Shown piece after piece: positions 1-7,672 of a stretch of DNA of 23,025 nt (positions within the stretch are counted from its first letter, which is position 1; each line of letters opens with the position of its first letter). Below the pieces are notes generated by a model that saw only the letters and a list, made by a program, of their open reading frames with translations, made no database searches and had not been told where the DNA came from. This DNA comes from Pseudomonadota bacterium (GTDB lineage Bacteria; Bdellovibrionota_B; Oligoflexia; Oligoflexales; CAIMVM01), in NCBI GenBank assembly GCA_037142195.1, contig JBAXBA010000057.1:1-23025 (forward strand). The letters run 5' to 3'. Made by a program: the position numbers and the translations under genes.

Positions 1-68
1 GGAAAGCAAATCTGGAAAGCAAATCTGGAAAGCAAATCTGGAAAGCAAATCTGGAAAGCAAATCTGGA
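1..68. repeat. Perfect 13-bp tandem repeat (GGAAAGCAAATCT)x5 + GGA, truncated by the window edge
   Basis: Identical units at 1-13, 14-26, 27-39, 40-52 and 53-65, then GGA at 66-68; no spacers. Confidence 0.97.
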
Positions 69-525
69 TAATGACTTTAGCATCCCAGAGATTAAATCGG
101 CTCCCGATTGTCCGTGGAGTCACCCTGTTATCGAGCTTCTAATAGGAAGCTGCCGACGAGAGTTTACTGATCCTATTTTTTTTGGAGGGAGTCAGATTTA
201 CTCGCAAAGCTTTCAGTCTTCCAAGAGTAGTTCAATTCTTTCCGCGTTCATTACAGTCGTGATGAGAAAATCCCAAATGAAATTGCAGGTGAGCGACAAT
301 GGGCTTCAATCGATCTTAAAAAAATTTAAGTGCAAGCCAGTAGGTAGGGGCATGTATTACACCAGCATTGCTGCATAAATTGGAATAATAGGAGCTGGAG
401 TAGGGAAATGCCCCCTGAGCCCGAGTCACATAGGCGGCTTGATTTCCTTCGAGGGAAATATGAGGCCTTGCGCTTTTGGTGGCAAGTCTCACTGAGATAC
501 GTGGGAATATATTGTTCTTTATGAC

Positions 526-1905
526 CTATTTTCCGACACAAAAAGTCGAAAAAATGAGTCCTAAAACGTCATCAGAATCGATATGACCTATGATGGACGT
601 TAGGGCTCTTGCGGCTTCCAGCAATTCAAAAGCCTGCATTTCTTCGCCACCCGATCGAGCTTTTACCGCCCAAAACTCAGAGAGTGCATTTTTGGCGAGA
701 CCTAAAGCATGAATATGTCGGGGCTCAGTTACGAATGCATTTCCTTTGACTTTCATAAGAGCGGCATCGACAATTTCGGAAATTTTCGATTTCAAGTCTT
801 CCATTCCCTTACCAGTCGACGCGGAAATACTGAGATACCCAGGGGGAGTGTCACTGGATAGAAGATCTGATTTTGTTTCTACGAATAGAACATCAGTTTC
901 CTGATAGCTGGATGCCAAATTGGAAAGCCAACTCCGGCCAGCTTCCCCTTGGTTTCGGGCCGTCAAACCCAAAATCAAATCGGCTTTTTTAGAAATTTCT
1001 AGGCTTCTTTCCATTCCTATTTTTTCTACCTCATCGCCTTCCTCGCGCAGTCCTGCGGTATCTACAAGTTGAATCAATCGACCGTTGATCAAGCATTTTT
1101 CTTCTAGGTAGTCGCGTGTGGTTCCAGGAATTGCGGTTACGATCGCTCTGTTTTCTTGGAGCAAGGCATTCATTAAGGTCGATTTACCCACGTTGGGTTG
1201 ACCGAGGATGGCGACTTTAAGGCCGTTTCTTGCAATACGTCCGCTACTTGCTGAGGCCAAGAGACGATCGATGGAAGCTTCCGCAAGTCTCACGCGCTCT
1301 TCTATTTCTTTATCGGAAACAGCTGAAGTTTCCCCTTCATCAGGAAAGTCAATGGTGGCTTCGAGCCAGGCCATGGCATTCATAAGTGTCTTTCGGACAT
1401 CATCGATCAAGTGAAACAATTTTCCACTGGCAAGTTGCCTGGCAGCGAGCCATTCCTGCTCACTGCTTGCTTCTACTAGGGCTTTAATGCCTTCGGCTTT
1501 GGTAAGGTCTATTTTGCCATGTTCAAAAGCCCTCAATGTAAATTCACCCGGTTTTGCGGGGCGGCATCCAGCTTCAAAGAGAAGGCTTAATGTTTTGCGC
1601 ACAATCCAAGAGCCTCCATGGAGGTGGATTTCTAGGCTATTTTCTCCGGTGAAGGAGTGGGGAGCTTTGAAAAAGACAACCAAGGGCTCATCGATGACGG
1701 TACCATCATTTAAATTTAGAAGTTCACATAGAGTTAATACATTGGCTTCGGGCTGAAAAGATGCCGGTTTCTTCTTAAAATGAAGAAGGGGGCGGACGAT
1801 TTTATGGGAGTCTGCCCCGGAAACCCTAATGACGGCAATGCCGCCAGGACCTTGACCTGAGGAGAGAGCAGCGATAGAGGCCGTGGTGGTGTCGCTGGTT
1901 TCCAT
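526..1905 (-). CDS. mnmE: tRNA uridine-34 modification GTPase MnmE (TrmE)
   Basis: N-terminal IAVIRVSG and PHSFTGEN..EIHLHGG, GEFTLRAF, IDFPDE, G1 GQPNVGKS, G2 PGTTRD, G3 DTAG, C-terminal FCVGK. Start moved from the ORF-track 1935 (inside a hairpin) to ATG 1905. Confidence 0.97.
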   Translation of the reverse strand: METSDTTTASIAALSSGQGPGGIAVIRVSGADSHKIVRPLLHFKKKPASFQPEANVLTLCELLNLNDGTVIDEPLVVFFKAPHSFTGENSLEIHLHGGSWIVRKTLSLLFEAGCRPAKPGEFTLRAFEHGKIDLTKAEGIKALVEASSEQEWLAARQLASGKLFHLIDDVRKTLMNAMAWLEATIDFPDEGETSAVSDKEIEERVRLAEASIDRLLASASSGRIARNGLKVAILGQPNVGKSTLMNALLQENRAIVTAIPGTTRDYLEEKCLINGRLIQLVDTAGLREEGDEVEKIGMERSLEISKKADLILGLTARNQGEAGRSWLSNLASSYQETDVLFVETKSDLLSSDTPPGYLSISASTGKGMEDLKSKISEIVDAALMKVKGNAFVTEPRHIHALGLAKNALSEFWAVKARSGGEEMQAFELLEAARALTSIIGHIDSDDVLGLIFSTFCVGK

Positions 1906-1920
1906 AGGGCGTCCGTCTTT

Positions 1921-1955
1921 AAAAAGTGAAAGCATAGCCCATAAAGGCTATGCTT
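1921..1955 (-). terminator. Putative intrinsic terminator/attenuator between jag and mnmE
   Basis: Minus strand AAGCATAGCC-TTTATG-GGCTATGCTT (10-bp perfect stem, 1930-1955) followed by TCACTTTTT. Confidence 0.6.
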
Positions 1956-1973
1956 GGATGGTTCGAGAACAAC

Positions 1974-2990
1974 TTAATGGCTGGCTTCAACTTCACCGGT
2001 GTGATTTGCTGGAAGGATCATAAGCTTGCGATTGGGACCTTTGCCGATGGATTTTGTTACCACTCGATCATCTTGGTCTAAAGCCATGTGGATGATTTTT
2101 CGATCGTAAGATCTGCGGTAGTTCAAGACCATAGGCTGCTTGGACTCATGAACTTTATTCGAAAAGTCTTTAGCCATTTCCGCTAACTCGGCTTCGCGAA
2201 GTAAGCGAGTTTTCATGGCATCAACAAATACGCGAAACGGAAGATCTTGCTTGAGTTCGCGGGTTTTCTTTCTAATCAAATGTTCAAAAGCTTCCGCGAT
2301 TTTCAAATTTTTAGTGATCTGTGCGGCAAGATGCTCGCTTTTCAAATCAAAAATCATGCGCTCGCCCACTTGTTCCGTCTCAACGGCAACAGTTTCTCCA
2401 AGCATGTAGCGACCCAACTCAGCGGCAAATGTAGAAAGCTCTGCTTTTACTTGCTGCGTTTGCTCCTCAGTAATGGGTGGAGCGGGCGCTCTTTCATAAT
2501 CATCGTCTTCACCTTCGCTCTGGGCATAAGCCGCTGCGCGATCCTCATTTTGGAATCTGTTTTGATGGCGATCAGGTCTTCTGCTGCGACCATGGGGGCG
2601 ACGATCGTCGTTTCGCGCGGAGGATTCTCCTCCTCGTTCAGATCGAGAACGTCTTTCTGTAGCTGTGCCGTTATCTCTGCTTTCAGCGGATTTAGCACCG
2701 GCTACTAAATCTTCCTGAGATCTAGTGTTTTGACGATGGTCGGGTCTTGGACCTCGTCCGTCACGCCTAGGCTCGTCTCTACGGTCTGATCTTTGGGGAC
2801 GGTCTGGTCTCGTGTTGCTGCGATCATTTTTGGTCCAAGCCTTGATCACAACTTTTTTGCCAAACATGCCGAGAAAACCAACGCTTTTTTCTTCGATGGC
2901 ATAAGCCATACGGTCCTGAGTTACTCCAAGCTGTCCTGCAGCTCTTACTAATGCTAGATCTAGGGTCTTAGCTTCCACTCGAATTGACAT
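1974..2990 (-). CDS. jag: Jag/EloR/KhpB RNA-binding protein (Jag_N, long disordered linker, degenerate KH, R3H)
   Basis: Jag_N (EAKTLDLAL...GFLGMFGKK), R3H motif SYDRKIIH...TKSIGKGPNR, canonical position between yidC and mnmE. Confidence 0.92.
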   Translation of the reverse strand: MSIRVEAKTLDLALVRAAGQLGVTQDRMAYAIEEKSVGFLGMFGKKVVIKAWTKNDRSNTRPDRPQRSDRRDEPRRDGRGPRPDHRQNTRSQEDLVAGAKSAESRDNGTATERRSRSERGGESSARNDDRRPHGRSRRPDRHQNRFQNEDRAAAYAQSEGEDDDYERAPAPPITEEQTQQVKAELSTFAAELGRYMLGETVAVETEQVGERMIFDLKSEHLAAQITKNLKIAEAFEHLIRKKTRELKQDLPFRVFVDAMKTRLLREAELAEMAKDFSNKVHESKQPMVLNYRRSYDRKIIHMALDQDDRVVTKSIGKGPNRKLMILPANHTGEVEASH

Positions 2991-3007
2991 TTTTTATCTC
3001 CTTGGTA

Positions 3008-4702
3008 TCAGGCGTTCTCTAGACGCCGGTTTAGGTACATCTGCTGGGCAATGGAAACCACAGTGTTAGTCAGCATATAAATCAACATCCCCGCAGGCAG
3101 TGTCAGCATCATCGCTGTAAACATCACGGGCATGATCATCATAATCCGTGCCTGGGTTTTATCAAGTCCTGTTGTGGGCGCTAGCTTTTGCTGAAGCACC
3201 ATGGACACGCCCCACAACACAGGGAAAATATAGTAAGGGTCATGAAGGGTTAGGTCTTTAATCCAACCTAAAAAGGGAGCCTGACGCAATTCAATTGCTG
3301 TCGACAAAACCGTATAAAAGGCAAAGAATACAGGTATTTGGGGGAGTATGGGAAGACAACCCTTAATAGGATTGATTTTATGCTGCGCCATAAAGGCCAT
3401 AAGCTCTTGCTGCTGCTTTCTGGGGTCATCTTTAAACTTTTCACGCAGGCGCGTCATCTCTGGCTGCCACTTCTTTTGGGCATGCATGGCGACAGCAGCT
3501 TTTTTAGTTAAAGGATAAAAAAGCATTTTGAGCATAAACGTCATAAGAACGATCGAAAGGCCCCAATTGCCAAATACTTTATGAAACAGTTCAATTCCTT
3601 TTAGGAGAGGATCTGTAAGCATCCCAAAGAAACCAAAATTAAACATTTTTCTAAGATCATTTGAGTAAGCATCTGTAATATGAGTGTCTTTAGGCCCTAT
3701 CCACAGACGTGATTTTAAGCTACGCACCCCGCCCGGTTCGACGTCACCAAAGTTTTTGGCGAGGCGAAAGGTATAACTGCAGTGTGTCGAGTTAGGGATG
3801 GATTTCTTTTGGATATCATAGCCAAAGGTTTCAGCTTGTCCGCTTGGATTTCTAACGAGAAGACTTGAGGCAAAATAGTGGCGGTCAAAACCGACGATAG
3901 CAAGTTCAGCAGCGGGTTCACTGACTAAGCTTTTAACTTCGGAGTCTGCACAAAACTTTTCTGCATCATGTTGCTTTTGATCTTTATTGTAGCCGACTAC
4001 CAAATGAGGTCTTTCAGTAGGAGCTCCAGGAATCCAAGAACCCTTCTTTTCAGGAGCTTTTGGAGAATCCGTAAAATTCAGAGTTGCCATCAAAGGCTTA
4101 GCTGCGGAAGACTGATTGACCCAAGTGGTTTCCACATCTATCCCATAGCCGGTTTCAGGCACCGAATAGGTGTGGCTAATTTTCCAATCTGGAGTCACTC
4201 TTGTAAATTTATACTGACGCCCTTGTTTTTCTGATGAATAGCTATTTCGTGGAATGGACTCATCCAAAATTCCAGGCTGAAATAGAATTTCAGGTTCAGC
4301 GAGGTTCATAGGACCTAGCTCAAGTCCCTTGGAGTAATCTTTAAGTTCCAAAGACTTTACACTACCTGTCGCCACATCAAACATAAGACGTGTGACATTT
4401 GTTTCGGCTTTGGACTCCTCAGGAGAAAGCAGAACCAGAGGCTGGTCAGTAGAAGGAGTTTGTGCTGAAGCTGTGTCGCCTTGACGAGGCTCTGGGTTTC
4501 CAGGGGAGCCGGCTTCGTTTTTAGAAGCAGTATTTTCTTGAGCCGCAGCATTGGGGCTAGAAGAATCACCTACAACTTGGGTGGTTGTTCCAGGAGTTTG
4601 GTTATGAAAATCGGGATACTTTTTATTAAGGTAAACGGAATAAGCTAGATAAAATGCGGCACAAACAGCAATTGATGCAAAAGCTTTACGATCCATATTC
4701 AT
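3008..4702 (-). CDS. yidC: Membrane protein insertase YidC
   Basis: N-terminal TM, periplasmic domain ending WIGPK, GNWGLSIV, GCLPILPQIPVFFAFY, ELRQAPFLGWIKDLT..DPYYIFP. Likely start ATG 4702 (ATGA overlap with the yidD stop, SD AGGAGGAG at 4713-4720) rather than 4768. Confidence 0.97.
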   Translation of the reverse strand: MNMDRKAFASIAVCAAFYLAYSVYLNKKYPDFHNQTPGTTTQVVGDSSSPNAAAQENTASKNEAGSPGNPEPRQGDTASAQTPSTDQPLVLLSPEESKAETNVTRLMFDVATGSVKSLELKDYSKGLELGPMNLAEPEILFQPGILDESIPRNSYSSEKQGRQYKFTRVTPDWKISHTYSVPETGYGIDVETTWVNQSSAAKPLMATLNFTDSPKAPEKKGSWIPGAPTERPHLVVGYNKDQKQHDAEKFCADSEVKSLVSEPAAELAIVGFDRHYFASSLLVRNPSGQAETFGYDIQKKSIPNSTHCSYTFRLAKNFGDVEPGGVRSLKSRLWIGPKDTHITDAYSNDLRKMFNFGFFGMLTDPLLKGIELFHKVFGNWGLSIVLMTFMLKMLFYPLTKKAAVAMHAQKKWQPEMTRLREKFKDDPRKQQQELMAFMAQHKINPIKGCLPILPQIPVFFAFYTVLSTAIELRQAPFLGWIKDLTLHDPYYIFPVLWGVSMVLQQKLAPTTGLDKTQARIMMIMPVMFTAMMLTLPAGMLIYMLTNTVVSIAQQMYLNRRLENA

Positions 4703-4905
4703 GGGAGATCTACTCCTCCTTGGTGATAGGGGTGGCATTTCCCCAGTCTGATCATTGTTTTCGTACACCCTTTGATAAAACCATATTTCTCTAAACTCTC
4801 GATCCCATATTGAGAGCAGCTAGGGTAGAAGCGACACCGTTGTCCTAGCCATGGTGAGACTAGATAACGATAACCTTTCAATATAAGAATCCCTACTTGC
4901 GCCAT
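4699..4905 (-). CDS. yidD: Membrane protein insertion efficiency factor YidD
   Basis: YRYLVSP...CRFYPSCSQY...KYG..KG....RLGKCHPYHQGG signature; located between rnpA and yidC. Confidence 0.95.
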   Translation of the reverse strand: MAQVGILILKGYRYLVSPWLGQRCRFYPSCSQYGIESLEKYGFIKGCTKTMIRLGKCHPYHQGGVDLP

Positions 4906-4998
4906 GGTTTTAAACTCATTTCAAAAGAATCTTGCAATCCTTTTGTATGTAAGGGTCTAAGCTTAACTTTTTAGCGGTTAAGCTATTTCGTCAGTGCC

Positions 4999-5430
4999 CT
5001 AAGTCGTTGCCTTCAAATCCGATTTTTTCTTTGATCTTCGATCAAGCCGAGTCATGGCATCTAAGAGTTGCTGCTTGACTTCTTGAGAGCTGGCATTTTT
5101 AGAACCAGGTCGAGCCACCACGATATAATCATGTGCCACTTGAGGTGACGCTCCTGCTAACAAGCGAAACTGCTCACGAAGCTTTCTCTTGATGCGATTT
5201 CTCTCTACAGAGTTACCTACTTTTTTGCTGACGACCAAACCCATGCGTCTGCGTGCTTTGGCATTGTCCTTTGCAAAAATGACAAAATGCTTACACACGT
5301 CTTTATTGCCACCTTGAAATACGCTTTCGTATTCATGGGACTTCAAAAGACGAGAGGATTTGCCAAACCTAAAAGTAGGCCCGCTTGCATCCGGACTCCC
5401 GGTTAAACCTGAAATCAAGGGATCCGTCAT
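4999..5430 (-). CDS. rnpA: Ribonuclease P protein component
   Basis: RLLKSHEY..VF, RMGLVVSKKVGNSVERNRIKRKLRE (RNR motif), DYIVVAR; downstream of rpmH. Confidence 0.96.
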   Translation of the reverse strand: MTDPLISGLTGSPDASGPTFRFGKSSRLLKSHEYESVFQGGNKDVCKHFVIFAKDNAKARRRMGLVVSKKVGNSVERNRIKRKLREQFRLLAGASPQVAHDYIVVARPGSKNASSQEVKQQLLDAMTRLDRRSKKKSDLKATT

Positions 5431-5446
5431 AGGGCCACTTTCAAAT

Positions 5447-5596
5447 CTATTTCTCGTAGACTGTAGCTGCTAGACGTCTTCTGCCTTTGGAGCGACGAAG
5501 AGCTAGAACGCTGCGGCCACCTGGAGTTGCCATACGAGCGCGAAAGCCGTGGGTGCGTAGTCTTTTTAAGTTGCCTGGTTGGAATGTACGTTTCAC
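5447..5596 (-). CDS. rpmH: 50S ribosomal protein L34 (49 aa; not in the ORF track)
   Basis: Manual translation from GTG 5596: [51 protein letters not shown]-like AGAGGA upstream. Confidence 0.98.
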   Translation of the reverse strand: MKRTFQPGNLKRLRTHGFRARMATPGGRSVLALRRSKGRRRLAATVYEK

Positions 5597-5739
5597 GATT
5601 AAGTTCCTCTTCTATATAAGATCTGGGCTAAAAGCACTTAGCTTTGTGTCCCTTTTACTTGATGACTTATCAGCTTTTGCATCTTGATTCAGGATCTGTA
5701 AATCCTAAATTTGGGTCAGAAGCCTCAAACAGTGGGCGG

Positions 5740-5768
5740 AAGCTATCAAAAGAGTAAACCTTTCGCAA
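5740..5768 (-). promoter_or_regulatory. Putative sigma70 promoter of the rpmH operon
   Basis: Minus strand TTGCGA-N17-TAGCTT followed by GC-rich CCGCCCAC (discriminator-like), about 140 nt upstream of rpmH. Confidence 0.5.
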
Positions 5769-6031
5769 GTGATACCTTTCATGGGGAACCGTTCCAAGGC
5801 GGCGAGTTTGAGTGGGACGGGCAAGTTTGAAACTAGGGCCCTGAGCGAGGCGGTGCGTAACCTCTCGAAACTCAAGTTCTCCATGCTCCGCTAGGTAAAA
5901 CGGCTGGTTTTCAAGAAAGACTCCCGCAGGGTGGACGGCCGGACTCTAAATTTTAGTCTGCCCTCCTCTATACTACCTCGCAAAAAGTGCTAGACTCATT
6001 TCTAGCTAAGCCCCTGTTAAGTGAGGATATG

Positions 6032-7153
6032 ATGCTTTCTTGGTTAGAGATAAGCCGCTCGGCTGTTTGCCATAACTATAGGATATTTAAAGACATGGTG
6101 GCCCCGCTGCCGATCATGCCCATTGTCAAGTCCAATGCCTATGGACATGGTCTGGAACAGGTTATGGCATGTTTAAAGGAGGAGAGTCTGGATTGGATCG
6201 GGGTTAATTACCTAAGTGAGGCGAGACTTCTTCGTGAGCAGGGGTTTGTCGGGGACATATTGGTTGTTGGCCCCTACTTTAAAGAGGAGCTGCATGATGC
6301 CTGGACTCATAAGGTAACCTTATTTTTGTCCCATTTTGAAGCTCTCGAGTCTTGGATAGCATCTGAGTGGAAGCCAAAAATTCACATTAAAATTGATACC
6401 GGTATGTCGAGACAAGGATTTCTACTTAAGGAGCTCCCGGAGCTGATTCAAAAAGTGAAGCCTTTTGAGAATTTAGTCGAAGGCATTGCTACCCACTTTT
6501 CCAACGTGGAGGATGTTCTCGATCATGCCTATGCCGATCAGCAAATGTTAGAATTTGAACAGGCTCGGGATATGTTTGAGAAAGCAGGATTTAAAAAACT
6601 TCTAGCCCATGCGGCTTCCTCCGCTTCCACTTTAATTTTGCAGCCGAGTCGCTATGACTTATGCCGCGTCGGCATTTCCCTATATGGATTTTGGCCTTCG
6701 CCCACCACTAAGGTTTCTTATCATCAGATTCATTCTAAAGTAGCGGGACTCAAACCGGCCCTTAGTTGGAAAACACGCATTGCGCAAGTTAAGGATGTAG
6801 CAGCTCACCGCTATGTGGGCTATGGACTCACTTTTAAAGCTCTCAAAGATATGAAACTTGCTGTGATACCCGTGGGCTACTATGAGGGGTATCCAAGAAT
6901 CGCAGGTAGTGCCCATAGCTATGTCTTGGTAGATGGTCAGCGCTGTCCCATAGTGGGCCGTATCTGCATGAATATGATGATGATCGATGTCACCCACATT
7001 CACGGGCCCCATGTGGGACAACTTGTCACTCTTGTGGGCAAGGATGGAAGTGAGGAGATTGCGGCCAGTGACATAGCAACTTGGTCAGAGACCATTCATT
7101 ATGAATTTGTGAGCCGCATTCATCCGGCGATCCCTAGAAATATAGTTCCATGA
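6032..7153 (+). CDS. alr: Alanine racemase
   Basis: PLP-lysine motif IVKSNAYGHG, HIKIDTGMSRQG, THFS, RVGISLYG, catalytic VGYG, GRICMN, TIHYE. Start ATG 6029/6032 after GAGG is more likely than GTG 5987. Confidence 0.95.
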   Translation: MLSWLEISRSAVCHNYRIFKDMVAPLPIMPIVKSNAYGHGLEQVMACLKEESLDWIGVNYLSEARLLREQGFVGDILVVGPYFKEELHDAWTHKVTLFLSHFEALESWIASEWKPKIHIKIDTGMSRQGFLLKELPELIQKVKPFENLVEGIATHFSNVEDVLDHAYADQQMLEFEQARDMFEKAGFKKLLAHAASSASTLILQPSRYDLCRVGISLYGFWPSPTTKVSYHQIHSKVAGLKPALSWKTRIAQVKDVAAHRYVGYGLTFKALKDMKLAVIPVGYYEGYPRIAGSAHSYVLVDGQRCPIVGRICMNMMMIDVTHIHGPHVGQLVTLVGKDGSEEIAASDIATWSETIHYEFVSRIHPAIPRNIVP

Positions 7154-7533
7154 CACCTAAAGTGGTTCAAATAGACATTCCCGTATCCAACTTAGAAGAA
7201 GCTTTGACCTTCTATGAATCTGTGCTTTCCCTGAAAGCTTCTCCAGCTGAAATCTACGGACGGGTGATTTTAGAAGTTCCGGACGGGAGTCAGGTGGGGC
7301 TTGCTTTAGTCTTAAATGAAAAGGAGGTCTCCCTCCCTAAAGATTCTCCCCCCTCTTTACCTGGTATAGCGGTCTATTTAGAGGTGGAAAACTTAAGCGA
7401 GATTCTATCGCAGTGCCGATCCTTAGGCCGAACTTGCTCGGAGGCTCAAAAAAATCCACCCTATGGATTTCTGGCTTGGATCGAGGATCCTTTTGAGAAT
7501 CGCATTCATTTGTGCCAGCCATTTAAATCCTAG
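7150..7533 (+). CDS. VOC family (glyoxalase/bleomycin-resistance-like) protein
   Basis: VVQIDIPVSNLEEALTFYESVL, VYLEVENL, PYGFLAWIEDPFENRIHL (DPxGN-like); ATGA overlap with alr. Confidence 0.8.
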   Translation: MTPKVVQIDIPVSNLEEALTFYESVLSLKASPAEIYGRVILEVPDGSQVGLALVLNEKEVSLPKDSPPSLPGIAVYLEVENLSEILSQCRSLGRTCSEAQKNPPYGFLAWIEDPFENRIHLCQPFKS

Positions 7534-7625
7534 AAGCATTCAGCAAACCTAAAATCATTCAGAGACATCTGCTGAAAAGATCTATTTTTTAGCCGTTATT
7601 TTGAATGCAAGAGTCAGTTCGACGT

Positions 7626-7646
7626 AAAAAAAGCCCCATTGGGGCT
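7626..7646 (-). terminator. Intrinsic terminator of the HEAT-repeat-like gene
   Basis: Minus strand AGCCCC-AAT-GGGGCT followed by T7, about 26 nt after the stop at 7673. Confidence 0.75.
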
Positions 7647-7672
7647 AGCTTTATCAGAGGTGAGGGAAGTAT

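Noticed and set aside
1..68. CRISPR array
   Set aside because: Units are 13 bp, directly abutting with no spacers, and there are no cas genes in the window.
326..541. 71-aa minus-strand ORF after mnmE
   Set aside because: No recognisable motif, overlaps the mnmE end, and atypical composition; likely spurious.
860..890. MnmE G4 motif reads TKSD instead of NKxD
   Set aside because: TKxD is a tolerated G4 variant and all other motifs are intact.
4703..4768. ORF-track N-terminal extension of YidC (similarly mnmE 1935, alr 5987, ftsB 13462, lipoprotein 13772, dksA 15447, hydrolase 20704)
   Set aside because: Downstream starts have better SD spacing or coupling and restore normal N-termini or signal peptides.
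5487..5687. 66-aa plus-strand ORF
   Set aside because: Antisense shadow of rpmH.
5804..5830. c-di-GMP-I riboswitch (GAGTGGGACG resembles part of Vc2), RNase P RNA or SRP RNA
   Set aside because: Lacks the GGCAAAC/GNRA-tetraloop P2 and GCAAAG; no GAGGAAAGTCC or SRP GGAA-loop motif on either strand.
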